Shown: one piece after another, positions 27,901 through 42,120 of the stretch
How positions within the stretch are numbered: position 1 is the stretch's first letter
Layout of the letters: every line of letters begins with the position of its first letter
Origin: Psammoneis japonica
Taxonomy: Eukaryota
NCBI GenBank assembly: GCA_008632985.1
Contig: QPGO01000257.1
Coordinates: forward strand, 1 to 64,000
Length of the DNA stretch: 64,000 nucleotides
Reading direction: 5' to 3'
Position numbers and translations under genes: made by a program
The notes under the pieces: model-generated
What the model was told of the DNA's origin: nothing
The model's input: only the letters and a program-made list of their open reading frames with translations
Database searches by the model: none

Positions 27901-29937
27901 CTGTGTGTCTTTGATGTTTCATCAAAACACAGGTCATCCTTGGTTTGACGATGACAAAAATGGTGCAGTGCGGAAAAGGGAGGTGGACCGACAAAAACCT
28001 GCATCCAAAGATGCTGGCCGGTGCCGGAAAGGCAACAATGGAGGCATTTTGTCACTTCGGAGATGTGATCCCCGTCAACAAATGTTGGTTGGATGCTGGT
28101 GTAGAAAATCACAAAACGTTTCTTTTCGAGGCAATGCTTCCCGAAGAAACGTCTGGTCTCGACGATGACGAACAGGAGGCATTGAGCGAGGAGCCCTTTC
28201 ATGAATTGATGTTTCGCGATGACACAAACTGTCCAGAGAAAGTCACAAACATGCCTCAGATGGTTGCGTTCATTTGCGAATGGTTGACAAAGAAGAAGAG
28301 CCTCAAACTGCTCTCTCTGATCGAACACCTGGAAGAGCCAGGGAACATTGTGGCCAACGAGGCAAACCAGAAAACAGTCTCCACCGAAGACTTTGTTCCC
28401 AAATTTGAAATCGATCCAGTCGAGAAGGGCAGCGGTGAGTGTGACCGAGAAATCGACACCACGTCGTCTCCATGTCGCACGGTCTGTCCTCGTTGGCTTC
28501 GATTCTGCGGAATCGATGCGCCATTGTACCGATTTGGTGTTGTCTGTCTGTGCATCGGATTGTTTGCAGGATCGGAACACCAGTGTGTCCATTTTGCGGT
28601 CCCCGTCTAACCTGTTTGGTGATTGTTTCCATGCAGGAAATGCAAAGCATGCCAAGTTAACCTTGAAGGAATTGATTGAGGAGATTTGCATGGCAGGCAT
28701 GAGCGATGTGTGCGATGTGGCAGTTTCAGACGGAGTCGAGCTCAACCACCAAAGGCTGAAGAAATGGTTGGAAGAACCAAACAAGAGACTCATTGAGGTG
28801 GTGGGGAAATCGAAACAGAGCAAGAAAAGGAAACGGGACGATGAGGACGAGCCCGACGAAGAAACTGCTGCAAAACCTGCCGCGAAAAGAAAACGCAAGA
28901 GAATGAAGTGGAACAAGAATGGCCCCAACCCCAACCCTGAGCAGAAGGATGAGGAGGAATCAAGTGACAACAATGACAATGATGACGATGACAAAGATGG
29001 AGATCACACCCCAGACAAAGATGGAGATGGCACAAACCCTCAAGATGAAGAAGAAAGGAAAGATCGTTCAGATGAGGGGGGCGATGGAGGCACCGGCCAG
29101 TCGCCAGATGACAAAGCGACTTCTGACAGAGACGGAATGTCAGAGGAGAACGACCATCAACAGGGGGGGCAAGGAAATGACAAAGCAGATGAAGAGGAAC
29201 CGTCTGCTGCAAACCCTGAGCAACAGGTGGAAGAGGACGAACAAAACATGGATTTTGCTGGGAGTGACACAGGTTCGAAAGACGAACCCCTTGCAAGCGG
29301 GAGTGACAGCGACAGCAGTTGCTCCCTCCTGAATTGAATCAACCAAGTGCCGCGTTCTGCTGCAAGGAAAAGACAGCGGAGAACGGATCTGGTCTCCTCA
29401 TCCTCTGAATCATCCTCTGAATCGGAGATTGACGCAGCAGATGATGACGACCCTTCAAGTGCTGTGGCTGCTGCCAAAGTTTCAGCCAAGATGAAAACCC
29501 CGTCAAAAGTGTCTGAACCACCAAACAAGCATGGGAGCAAAAGAGTTTTTCGGAGAACTCCGGATTGTGAGACAAAAACAGATGCAAAGAAACGCAGGGC
29601 GAAGGCGCTGGCCGAAATGGAGGAAAGAAAGGAACAGGCAAGGAGGAAGAGAATTGAGGCAGACAAGAAAAGGGGGGGGAAGGCGGCTGCGAGAGCGATG
29701 GCAATGGAGGCAAAGAGAAAGGAAATGGAAGAAATGAAGAACGCCAGCAAGCCAAAGAAGGACACGCCACCAACAGGAAGAATGACGGCAGAACAACCCC
29801 CACCCATCCAAACGAATTCGTCAAAGAAAAAAAAACGTGCAACTGCCCGCGGAACAAAAAACAACAAAAATGAAGTTCAGGCAGCTGGGCACATGCATCG
29901 ACCACAAAAATGTGTGCGGGGAGCATCGCAGTCTTAA
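24918..29937 (+). pseudogene. Core gene, copy 3 (gap, internal deletion, stop at about 29335)
   Basis: ORFs 25533, 27525, 27945, 28348 and 29347 match copy 2. Confidence 0.6.
26821..27431. other. Assembly gap (611 N)
   Basis: The length closely matches the missing segment of the core (about 10379-10993 in copy 2). Confidence 0.98.
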
Positions 29938-30283
29938 AATTGCTGCATTGCTGTGAATCCCGCAACATTCATTGTCCACTTTTTGTTTTTGGGTTTGTGG
30001 CGATTTTAGCATTCAGTTGCTTGTTTCAGGTGTTGCTTGTAGTCACGCTGTTGGTCACAACATGTGAAAACGATGCTTGACTGATTCGATGTGTGCAATG
30101 ACTTGTCCTGAGTTCGACTGTGGATGAGAAATAGATGCGGGTGCGCATTGATTTGGCATGGTCTATCCTTCAACCGTGGCCACTTGGCATCGATCAGGTG
30201 GGGTCTGTCATTCAACCGGAAGCGTTTCCCACCACCTCATGACCCAAACCCAAACCCTCCCATCCCAAATGCACCATGTGCAA

Positions 30284-32225
30284 TTGCGCAGTGACCTTCA
30301 AAACGAACACCCCTCTCATCGAAAGTCACCATCTGGTCGAGGGTGTGGGTCATGATGTCCTCCATTTCATTGATCAATTTGGACAAACTGATGTTGTTGC
30401 GATTTGACTGCACCTGTGCCGAATCACCCAACAAAAGGGACTCTACGAGCACTGGGAGACTCCCAAATGCCCTGCCCCAATTGGAGCGATTCAGGTCTCT
30501 GGTCCAGTTTCGAATCGTGGGCATGTGCATTTGACACCCAGCCAGAACATGTCCAGCCCTCGGGTCCAAAAGGCAATCAACGTCATCATCATCGTCGTCA
30601 TGATCACGCAGGCGGCATGTTTTTGTGAGAATGTGACCTGTTGAAATGTTGCCAAACTTTTCTTTCGTGACTAGCTGAGAATGTTGATTGCCCTCGAAAC
30701 CACGCCCAAGGGCTTCCCATTCATCCAGGATGTGCAGGGAATCAGCGGCTTCCGGAACACAATCCTCGTCTGAAACGTTGCCATCGGCGGGGTGTCCAGT
30801 GGCTTCAACATCCTGGTCCAACATGTCCTCAATCTGGCCATCGTTTGGCTGAGCGGGCAGAATGGACGAATCGTGGTTTTCCCCGGTTCGTTCTTCCTGC
30901 ATCATTTCTTTCACTTGTGTGGCAGCAGAATCAAGTTTCAAGAGAAAAGACACATCTTTGTCGGGCAAAATGTTGGCTCCAAAGTCAATGAAGAACAGGC
31001 TTTGTTATGCGTTTTTGATTGCTTTTGCATCAAGGACATTTGCAGCACATTTGAGCAAGTCGGTCATGTGCTGCACACACTCGTTGTGCGTGTCTGCTGC
31101 ATTGGTTGCTGTTGCGCCCACCTCAATGCACGAGATGTGCTCGCCACTGCCACTGCACGACGTCTTTGTCCCCACTGCTTGTGCGGTGAGGAGGCAGTTC
31201 TCCTTCAAATCCTTTGTGGCCGCCAGCAAATCAGCGGCAGAAAAATGCTTTTTGCGATCAAACCCCGTTTCCATGTGATTCCAAATGCCCTCTGCCGCCG
31301 TCCAACCCACGTCCTCCGACGCAATCTTGGTCAAAACCTCAAACACAGCAGAGAAGTAAAATTGCACAAAACATCCCCTGATTTTGTTGCAAGAACCAAG
31401 CCTTTTCATTCTTTTGTTGTTGTCCCTGTGCTTGCTTTCGGGTGCTTCGAATGGGGAAAAATCCGACAGCTGCTTTCGGACAATTCTCTGCCAAATTGTT
31501 TGTTGTTCTGTTTCCTCACCGACTTCGTCTTCAGGAGGAAAAAGAGCTGAGTAACTTTCCAAACGTTTGCAGTGTTTTCTGGCAAGGTTCAGGCAAACAT
31601 TCAGAACAGCAATCAGCTCGTCTGTGAAGTGAGGCTTGTCTGGAACGCAGTGACAGCCGACATGGTGAAGACAGATGAAGATGTCGACTCCAGCATGAGC
31701 GGTCTTGACAGTGCCCAATTGAATTTGGGGCAGGTCGGACAGAGGAACCTGCTTGGGAACCAAGCCCCTGACACGAACTGGCAAGTCTCCAGGCTCTCCA
31801 CAAACAGCAAAACGCCCTTTGCTGTTGACCTTCAGCCTGTCTGTGAGGGAATTCAAATGCAACTCTGCATGAACACCCTTGCAAACCACCTGCATGAACT
31901 CGTCGGCATCGACACTCGCACCGTAGATGGAGTCTGCATGTTTGTGTAAAAAAATGATGTCACCAGCTCTCAATTTTCTGCACGGAAACAGCTCCGTGAC
32001 AGTGTCAATCTCCTTGTCCGCAGTGATTGTCCGATGCTCCGGCAGTTTGATTGGACCGCCTTGCAATCGTTCGCATTCTGCAACCATTTGTTCAAATGCG
32101 AGCCTCTTTGCCTCCTCATCATTTGAAGCATTGTAGATCGTTCGAAACAAATTTTTCATGGTGGTGATGTGTCCATGCTTTTGGATCATGGACATGACAA
32201 GATCGCAGCGGGTTGGTTCGTCCAT
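30284..32225 (-). pseudogene. Truncated second copy of L2
   Basis: ORFs 31005-32252 and 30237-30968 are near-identical to L2; cut at the copy-3 terminus. Confidence 0.65.
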
Positions 32226-32576
32226 CTTGAAACAGGAAATAGATGCGGGCACGCATCTGTTTGTCGAATGGGAAGGTCCGGTTTCTGGTTGGCCAAGTTG
32301 ACATTAAAAAAAAAGCAGTCAGCAGGGGGCGCGAAATCGACACGATCCCGTGTCGATGTGGTCTCAGGCGAAATTTTCATTGTGTCGAATCGGAGAGGAT
32401 GTCAGTTGTGCAGCAAAGGAAACCAATGCGTCGCTCAACGGAAAAGTGATGACGCACGCATTTGTCAATTAACGAATCAAATCACAGTTCACGCGGGTTG
32501 CATCCATCACGCGGGAAAAAGGCAACAAACACGAACAAAACAACGAAAACGAAACACAAAAAGAAGACACAACACC

Positions 32577-35500
32577 ATGAACGTGCCGAGCTCGTCGCTC
32601 ACAGCACAAGACGATCCCAGCAGCAGCTGTCATCATGCACCAACAGGCACAACTGTGAAAACCCACTGCAGGGGGGAGGACGGCGCCGATTGGGTGTTTG
32701 TGGATGCCTTGCCTTGCGAGTTTAAAGAAAACGAGGAAAAAGGGGGCACTCACAACGAAATCTGCAACTGGTGGAAGGAGGACAATCACCATGGCATTCG
32801 TTTGCGGTTCAACAAGAAATGAGTGGCCAAGGGCAAAAATGCCAAACTGAAATGGTGAGCATGCGTTGATTCCCGGTTCCTGGCTCCATTGTTGAAGTTT
32901 GTGACCGTGCGTCACTGCATCCGGCATTGTAAAAGCGTCTGTCCGACGTTGCGTGTTACGCGAGATGGAGACGATGCCGTCTCCATTTCACACGGTCTGT
33001 CCGTCACCAAGTTTGTTTGGAAAAATTGACACGTGCCCGCACCGATCATGCGCCGGCATGAGGATGTCTGTCCAACACAGCGTGTTGTGCAAAATGGAGA
33101 CGCGTTCCAGCCCTGGGTGGGACTCCGTGTGACATTTGGCCCGTAGAATTCTACGTGCGAGCTCCGCAGCACGAGAATTTAATTGATGGACACATTTGTC
33201 TTCAACATCAAACAAACGGCCAAGTTTGTGGTGCAATTGTGCCTCTTGCCACTCGACGTTTTTGCAAATGCACCTGCCCTGCGCGATTTTTAAGACATTG
33301 TAGAATCGCACTGTAACAAAAAATGTCAAAAGTTTTTGGATGTATCGCTCAATGAGTGCACCGTAAAATGACACAAAATGTCAAAAAATCACGTAGAATT
33401 CTACGTGCGCGACATGCGACGAGATTCAAAAAAATGTCGATGTCACAGTTCAGCAGTGCGAGGTCCCACCTGGTCCTGGAACGCGTCTAGAGACGACGCC
33501 ATCTCCATTTCTCACCAGGGTGACAAGAGTTGCCAAACGACATTTTGACCTTTTTTCCCTTGTGCAACCAACAGCCAACAGGCGTTGAGATTCCACGCAG
33601 CCGTCAGCGAGGACGACAGGGAAATGATGAAAGACCTGATCGGCAAAGAATGTGCAATTGGAAATTTGGTGGGAACCTTGATGTTGCGAGAGATGGGCAG
33701 TCCTGGGTGTGTGGCAGCAGCCCACAACAAAATCACACCGATTGATGAAGAATTGACAGTGGAGCAGGTGCACACCATTTTCAGGGTCATTTGTGGCAAA
33801 GTGATCGTGAAGGACGCAACAGTGCCAAAGAATCCGATGGGGGATGTGAGATCAGATGACGAGTGCTTCAAGAAATTGGAGCCACCGTCATGTCCCCTGT
33901 CGAAAGGTGTCCCCTGCAAACTGAAGGAATTCGCCAACGAAGATTGGGAAAAACTGATGAACAAACGAAAGAACAACAGAGAAAAGGGGGCAGACATGGG
34001 AGATTGCTTCGACAGGGTCAACGCAAAAGTCAGTCCGGTGGTCATCTCTCTGTTCGCGGGGGTGACTTGTGCAAGAAACCGCGATGTTGCAGCCATGTGT
34101 CCTCTCAGTCAACCAGATGTCAACCAAAGGCATGCCAACAACGAAAAGATCTACAACCCAGATTACAACCCGCTGGCGCCAGTCTCCAACAAGAACCGTG
34201 TGGGGACTTTGCAGAGTGCGCATGGGCTTTCCAGCAAATCATTCAACATTGTGCCGTGCACAGTGACGCCCTGCGCGGTCACACACAAAACTGCAAAATT
34301 TGGAAAGGTGCTTCCGGCTGGTGAGCTCTGCCGTGATTGCAGCAAACCAAGTTCGAGCAATGCCGGCGCATCCTTTGTTGCCGAGGAACACGCGCTCGGG
34401 CTGTTTGCATTGCTCACACACGCCAAGATGGAGGGCGACAATGTGGACACAAGGGTGCAATTGATGAATGTGAAAGACAACTGGAACAGTCGGCAGAAGG
34501 GACTTTTCCTGACATGCACACTTCATGTGCTTTTGGATCAACAATGCAATTCTTTGAGGAAGATGGCAAATTTTGAATCCTTGCACAAAAGATTGCGAAA
34601 CATCTTGTGCCGAACTTTTGTCATTCAAAACGCAAATTTCGCCCCTTTCACACACTGCAAGAACAAGATGACACGCAACAAATCTGTTCTCATGTTGGAA
34701 TGCAAGCTGATGTTGCAAGCAATTGCAGCCATTCGGAACTCCTTCCTTGATGGACAGTGCCGCGTGTTGGGCGTTAACCTGGCACTGATGCAGATGTTTC
34801 CCCCAAGGCAATTCAGTGAGTTGTTGGGGAAAAAATTGAATTGTGAAGAACAAGCACTCATGGACAGGATGTCGAAGAGAGCACCACTGGCGATGTTGTC
34901 TCCGTGCGTTGAAGAAAACTCCAAACCGCACATCAAGCATGAATTGTTTGGGGAAAGAAGTTTGTTCCTTTGCAAAAGATGCAGCGAGGTCATCCAAGCC
35001 GACACCACATCGGGTTCAAGGTGAAGCTTTAAGGACGTTTCAGTCAGTTTGCTCGACGACGCGCAACTGAACACGCACAAATGGATGTTGGGTGAGCTGC
35101 GATGCAGGAAGGTGGTCGCAGACGAGGAGGCGATGCAACCGAAGGAGAAAGGCAGTGACGGCGTCAAGCACATCGAAGCGCATGAAAAACTCAGGAAAAT
35201 GGTGCTCAAGCATCTGTTCACTTCCGATTGCGAATCTGCAAAGGCCGTGGTTCAAAAGGCAAGGGAGGACACCAACAGGAACCTCGGGCTGGGTGGTGAT
35301 GTCGACGAAGCAGGAAAGTTCGCCAATGCAATGACCCAAACCTTGCGTGAAAGGAAACATCCCGGGTTGTGCAACAGCACAAAGCCGACGAGAGAAAGGG
35401 CCGGCATTGCCGGACTGATGATGTTGTTCACGAATTTTGTTTTTGACAGCCAGTCCGCTGAAATGTTGAAACAAGTCATCAGAAGATCCTGCCAATCTGA

Positions 35501-38500
35501 ACCCACCCTGCCGGAGGGATTGCGATTTTCGTTTACGACGGAATTTGGAGAAGGAGAAGATGGAAAAGTCCTTCGCGACTGCACAGTGCTGAACAATTTG
35601 GCTGAAAACGTGCAGGGAGAGGTGATGGGCCTGTCAACGGAGTTCCTGAAGGCGGAAACCGCTGACAATGATGGACACACGGTGAGACAATTCCTTGCTT
35701 TGGGATCCCACCATGATTTCATTCTCGAGAAACGGTGCTTGACATTTGCTCAATCACTCCTTTCCCGCAACATTGCAGGGAACGAAAAGGGGCGGGTTGC
35801 ATTCGGTGAGTGTCAGAGCAACGGAAACACATGACAAGTGAAAACCGAAAATTGTTTGGTCGTGTGCCTGATGACTGAATTTTTTTTCTTTTCTTTTTGA
35901 AGGGAATTTTTGCAAATCTCAATGAAACCGATGTTTCCAAGAGCGGTTTGCCCAAAGCCGCACTGTGTGTCTTTGATGTTTACATCAAAACACAGGTCAT
36001 CCTTGGTTTGACGATGACAAAAATGGTGCAGTGCGGAAAAGGGAGGTGGACCGACAAAAACCTGCGTCCAAAGATGCTGGCCGGTGCCGGAAAGGCAACA
36101 ATGGAGGCATTTTGTCACTTTGGAGATGTGATCCCCGTCAACAAATGTTGGTTGGATGCTGGTGTAGAAAATCACAAAACGTTTCTTTTCGAGGCAATGC
36201 TTCCCGAAGAAACGTCTGGTCTCGACGATGACGAACAGGAGGCATTGAGCGAGGAGCCCTTTCATGAATTTATGTTTTGCGATGACACAAACTGTCCAGA
36301 GAAAGTCACAAACATGCCTCAGATGGTTGCGTTCATTTGCCAATGGTTGACAAAGAAGAAGAGCCTCAAACTGCTCTCTCTGATCGAACACCTGGAAGAG
36401 CCAGGGAACATTGTGGCCAACGAGGCAAACCAGAAAACAGTCTCCACCGAAGACTTTGTTCCCAAATTTGAAATCGATCCAGTCGAGAAGGGCAGCGGTG
36501 AGTGTGACCGAGAAATCGATGCCACGTCGTCTCTGTGTCGCATGGTCTGTCCTCGTCGGCTTCGATTCTGCGGAATCGATGCACCATTGTGCCGATTTGG
36601 TGTTGTCTGTCTGTGCATCGGATTGTTTGCAGGATCGGAACACCAATGTGTCCATTTTGCGGTCCCCGTCTAACCTGTTTGGTGATTGTTTCCACGCAGG
36701 AAATGCAAAGCATGCCAAGTTAACCTTGAAGGAATTGATTGAGGAGATTTGCATGGCAGGCATGAGCGATGTGTACGATGTGGCAGTTTCAGACGGAGTT
36801 GAGCTCAACCACCAAAGGCTGAAGAAATGGTTGGAAGAACCAAACAAGAGACTCATTGAGGTGGTGGGGAAATCGAAACAGAGCAAGAAAAGGAAACGGG
36901 ACGATGAGGACGAGCCCGACGAAGAAACTGCTGCAAAACCTGCCGCGACAAGAAAACGCAAGAGAATGAAGTGGAGCAAGAATTCCGAGATGCACAAGTC
37001 CGTCAGTGGTGCATTGGACAACACCCTGGACGCAGACAACAGCCGACAGGAGGCTTTCGTGAAGTTGCAACAAGAGCACGTTAGGACCTGTCAAACACAG
37101 GCGGCTCTTGGAACAGCTGTCTGCCACCTGCAAAGCAACTCCAATCTGACAGTGAAGGATGTGAAGGAACAGATTCACTTCAGAGGATTGAACAGCGAAG
37201 ACGAGGAGGACACTTTTGCACCTGAAGAGCAGGAATGGAGCAGACATTCGGAGTCACCCACAAAAACTACAAAGACGCGATGAACCGAACGTGTGGCACA
37301 TCTCCAAGGGTTGTCAACTGCCGGAATTTCCAAGCTCTTTTTGATGAAGACACAGAGACAAAGAAACGATTTGAGCACGAGTGCGACTTGATTCACAAGA
37401 ACTTCAGCAAGGCAATGCCATGGGCGTGCGACAACACAATGCGCAATGGATTCAAGAAGGAAAGACTGGAGAACGAGGACAAAATGAGAAAGACGATTTT
37501 GGAAGACAGAATGAAGGAAGAGAGCGAGAAAAGGAAGGTGAAAAAGAAAAAAAAGCAGGCAAAGAAGGACGAAGCGGCGCGAGCAGAGGTCACAGCGGAG
37601 GGACAACAAGGGGGAGACGACGACGAAGGGATGATGGACACCACCTTGGCAGACCTGCGGCACCAAGATGGGAGCACACAACAAGTGGGCGACGATGCAG
37701 CCGGCAAGCCCACAGTGGAACATGACAAGGAAGCGGATGAGGAAGAGGAGAAGGAGGAGGAGGCACCAGAGCAGAAGGATGAGGAGGAATCAAGCGACAA
37801 CAACGACAATGATGACGATGACAAAGATGGAGATCACACCCCAGACAAAGACGGAGATGGCACAAACCCTCAAGATGAAGAAGAAAGGAAAGATCGTTCA
37901 GATGAGGGGGGCGATGGAGGCACCGGCCAGTCGCCAGATGACAAAGCGACTTCTGACAGAGATGGAATGTCAGAGGAGAACGACCATCAACAGGGGGGGC
38001 AAGGAAATGACAAAGCAGATGAAGAGGAACCATCTGCTGCAAACCCTGAGCAACAGGTGGAAGAGGACGAACAAAACATGGATTTTGCTGGGAGTGACGC
38101 AGATTCGAACGACGAACCCCTTGCAAGCGGGAGTGACAGCGACAGCAGTTGCCCTGTCCTGAATCGAATCAACCAAGAGCCACGTTCCGCTGCAAGGAAA
38201 GGACAGCAGAGAAGGGATCTGGTCTCCTCATCCTCTGAATCATCCTCTGAATCGGAGATTGATGCAGCAGATGATGACGACCCTTCAAGTGCTGTGGCTG
38301 CTGCCAAAGTTTCAGCCAAGATGAAAACCCCGTCAAAAAAGTCTGAACCACAAAACAAGCATGTGAGCAAAAGAGTTTTTTGGAGAACTCTGGATCGTGA
38401 GACAAAAACAGACGCAAAGAAACGCAGGGCGAAGGCGCTGGCCGAAATGGAGGAAAGAAAGGAACAGGCAAGGAGGAAGAGAATTGAGGCAGACAAGAAA

Positions 38501-38838
38501 AGGGGGGGAAGGCGGCTGCGAGAGCGACGGCAATGGAGGCAAAGAGAAAGGAAATGGAAAAAATGAAGAACGCCAGCAAGCCAAAGAAGGACACGCCACC
38601 GACAGGAAGAATGACGGTGGAACAACCCCCACCCATCCAAACAAATTCGTCAAAGAAAAAAAAACGTGCAACTGCCCGCGGAACAAAAAACAACAAAAAT
38701 GAAGTTCAGGCAGCTGGGCACATGCATCGACCACAAAAATGTGTGCGGGGAGCATCGCAGTCTCAAAATTGCTGCATTGCTGTGAATCCCGCAACATTCA
38801 TTGTCCACTTTTTGTTTTTAGGTTTGTGGCGATTTTAG
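32577..38838 (+). pseudogene. Core gene, copy 4 (MITE-interrupted; CGA>TGA stop at 35022)
   Basis: ORFs 33585, 35049, 35897, 36411 and 37235 match copy 2. Confidence 0.6.
33099..33487. mobile_element. MITE copy B
   Basis: Same TIRs; TSD TGGA/TAGA; empty sites at about 8990 and 25435. Confidence 0.92.
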
Positions 38839-39049
38839 CATTCAGTCACTTGTTTCAGGTGTTGCTTGCAGTCACGCTGTCAGTCACAACATGTGAAAAC
38901 GATGCTTGACTGATTCGATGTGTGCAATGACTTGTCCTGAGTTCGACTGTGGATGAGAAATGGATGCGGGTGCGCATCAATTTGGCATGGTCTGTCCTTC
39001 AACCGTGGCCACTTGGCATCGATCAGGTGGGGTCTGTCATTCAACCGGA

Positions 39050-39723
39050 TTTGCACTTTTGCTCTTCCTGGTTTTTTGCCGTTGGCCACTTTGTGCCCTT
39101 TGTGCCTTTTGTGCTGCCCTTGGCCAATTTGCGCCCTTTGCAACTTTGTGCCCTCAGCTGCCATTTTGCACTCTCACCCCATTCAGCGATTTTTTTGTGC
39201 CCCAGGAAAGTTTGTGCCCTTTGTGATTTTGTGCTCAACTCCCATTTTTTGTCATTTTTTGTTTTGCGCCCTTGGCCATTTTGCGCCTTTGAGATTTTGT
39301 GCCCTCAGCCATGTTGCGCAATTCTTGATTTTGTGCCCTTGACCTTTTTGTGCCCTTGGCTGTTTTGTGCCCTTTCTTTTTTTCTGCCCTTGAGCATTTT
39401 GTGCTTTTCGTGGTTTTGTGCCCTTGGCCATTTTGCGCCCTTTGTGACTTTGTGCCCTTGGCCATTTTGTGCCTTTTTTGGTTTTGGGCCCTCAGCCGCA
39501 TTTGGTGCCCCTCATGATTTTGTGCCTTCAGCAATTTTTGGCCATTGTGCCATTTTGGACCCTTTCTGATTTTTTGCCCTTGGCAGCTTTGTGCCCTCAG
39601 CCACCATTTTGCGCCCTCAGTCATTTTGTGACCTCAGCAACTTTGTGCCCCTGCCTGGTTTGTGCCCTTTGTGATTTGGTGCCCTCAACAGACATTTTTT
39701 GTCCTTTTTGATTTTGTGCCCTT
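39050..39723. repeat. Degenerate TTTTGTGCCC minisatellite; second copy at about 42254-42710
   Basis: Dozens of tt(t)tg(t/c)gccc motifs; 39290-39723 is colinear with 42259-42708. Confidence 0.9.
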
Positions 39724-40119
39724 GACGCGTTCCAGATGCAGGTGGGAATCTGTGTGACACCGGGCCCACAGACTTCTGCGCGCGAGCTCCGCACTAAAAT
39801 CACGCGGCAATTGAAATCTCAATGATCGCCAACAGAAAATGAGGCGGTTTTGCGAGTGCACAAACTCACCCATGATTGAAGCACATCACTTTTTACTTGG
39901 CCAGTTGCATTCTTCAGACATTGAAGAATGCAACTGGCGCATCATTGTCCCCACAAATTTGTTGTGCAAAACGTCTGGGGCTTCGCAAAACAGCGAGTCT
40001 GGACAATTTTTTTTAAATGTCACACGCAGAAATCCATGTGCGAAACATGCAACGGATGACAAAAATTGTTGATGTCACACGTCAGTGCTGCGAGCTCCCA
40101 CCCAGGGCTGGAGCGCATC
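39724..40119. mobile_element. Related MITE subfamily (same ends, different interior)
   Basis: GACGCGTTCCAG...CTGGAGCGCATC; TSD CCTT; empty site at about 42705. Confidence 0.85.
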
Positions 40120-41975
40120 CCTTGGCCATTTTGCTGGTCACAACAGAGCTGCAGAACAACAAGAACTTGCCCGATGAAGAGTGCGGGGCAAAGGAGAGAA
40201 AGTGCATGAGATGCCTGGGGCACTTCACAGCGCGGAACTCCAAGAACGGAGATGCGGAAGGGAGCGCACCCAGAAAACGCCAGAGGGAGGATTTTTGCAG
40301 GAAGACTGTGGCAGAGCGTGACAGGAAAGTGGGGGAGGGGGGCAACGGGTTGGGGGATGAGGAAAGCCACGTGGTGGGCTGCACTGAGACACACGAGCTG
40401 GAGCCAACACCTGTTTGGCAGACAATGTGTGAAAAGTGGCAGCCACGTTTGTTTCAAATGATGTTGCAGACACAATCTAAATTGAACGACTGCGTTCCAC
40501 GGCGCCAACCGGAGAGCAGTTGGGGAAGGGCACAACACAAGTGGTGCCTTGGGAAACCAGTCAACTGATCTGTTGTCAGCCAGTTGTTGAATGTGTTTGA
40601 GTGGGTGCGCCGGAGTTTTTGGCCTGCTCACTTTCTGCGTGGCCTGGTGCAACCCAAATCTGTGTAGATTCAGCTCGTTTTGCCCTGCAGAACAGTTTTT
40701 GGAAGTGTTTTCTGGCTCGCGGCTCAAAATGACACGCAAAACAGCACGGACAATGGCGTTTTGCCAAGTTGTCAAATGCGATTGTCTCTGAGGTTGGAAC
40801 CTGGATGCTCTCAACAGAGTTTGATGCGTTGTGTCATCTCGCACGAGACAAGCTTGAGAACACACAGGTTCACATGGGCAGATTGTGGCAAAAATTCTTG
40901 CTGAAGGTTTGCACTGACAACGTTGCCTCTGTTGCGTCACCACCAACCTTGTGCGCTGCCATTCACACTTTGTGTTTTGCTGAGGCTTTGCATGTTTGTG
41001 ACTGTTTGGTTTGCACACAATTTCTCTTTCTGTGCTGTTCTTTTGTTCTGTGGGGTCTCCGTTGTCATGAGGCATCCCAGAGACACTTTTTCTTGTCAAG
41101 AATGTCATCTCTGAAGTGCGATGGCCACGGCAATTCAACGATGAAGCCAAGTCACAGACACAGCATCAGGAAGAGTTCACGACAAACACGGCGACTTGGA
41201 GCCATGATGTCTTAAGCTGGGTGAGCTCTCAAGAGCTCAAACACATCATCGCGCAGTTTTGACAACATTTCTCCCCCACTGTCCATGGCGATGCTGTGTT
41301 TGATTTGGCAAACCAGTGCATCATGGTGACTCTAAAGGCAAAGATTGCTTCTTTTGGCTGCAAGGCAGTTTGCAACCTGGAAACACATGACTTGTTTGCA
41401 CGAAAGTGCGCGAGATGCCTGGAGCACTTCACGACAGGGAACTCCAAGAACGGAGATGCGGAAGGGAGTGCACCCAGGAAACGCAAGAGGGAGGATTTTT
41501 GCAGGAAGATTGTGGCAGAGCGTGACAGGAAAGTGGAGGAGGGGGGCAATGGGTTGGGGGATGAGGAGAGCCGCGCGGCGGGTTGCACTGAGACATGTGG
41601 GCTGGAGCCAAAAGCTGTTTGGCAGACAATGTGCAAAAAGCGGCAGTCACGTTTGTTGCAAAATGGCGTTGCAAACACAAGCGGCGCTTTGGGAAACCAG
41701 TCAACCAATCTGTTGTCAGCCAGTTGTTGAATGTGCCCAAGTGGGTGCGCCAGAGTTTTTAGCCCGCTCGCTTTCTGCGTGGCCTGGTGCAACCCAAATC
41801 TGTGCAGATTTGGCACATTTTGCCCTGCGGGACAATTTTTTGGGAGTGTTTTCTGGCTCTGCGGCTCAAAACAACACGCAAAACAGCACGGACAATGGCA
41901 TTTTGCCAAATTGAAAAATGCCATCGTCTCTGAGGTCGGAACCTGGACACTCTCAATGGAATTTGGTGCGTCACA

Positions 41976-42120
41976 TCATTTCCGCATTGCCGCATTGCCG
42001 CATTTTCGCATTTTTGCATTTTCGCATTTTTGCATTTTCGCATTTTTGCATTTTCGCATTTTTGCATTTTTGCATTTTTGCATTTTTGCATTTTTGCATT
42101 TTTGCATTTTCGCATTTCGC
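41976..42120. repeat. 8-bp microsatellite (GCATTTT[T/C])n
   Basis: Direct reading; many consecutive tandem units. Confidence 0.95.

Larger units (their letters stand above)
24599..30283 (+). mobile_element. Large repeated element, copy 3 core (contains the N gap and a ~790-bp internal deletion)
   Basis: Colinear with copy 2; ends gcaccatgtgcaa at 30283. Confidence 0.8.
30284..39049 (+). mobile_element. Large repeated element, copy 4 (partial left gene plus core; MITE inserted; right end truncated)
   Basis: 30284-32254 duplicates 22631-24598, then the core follows. It breaks off at tcaaccgga (39049) into a minisatellite. Confidence 0.8.
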
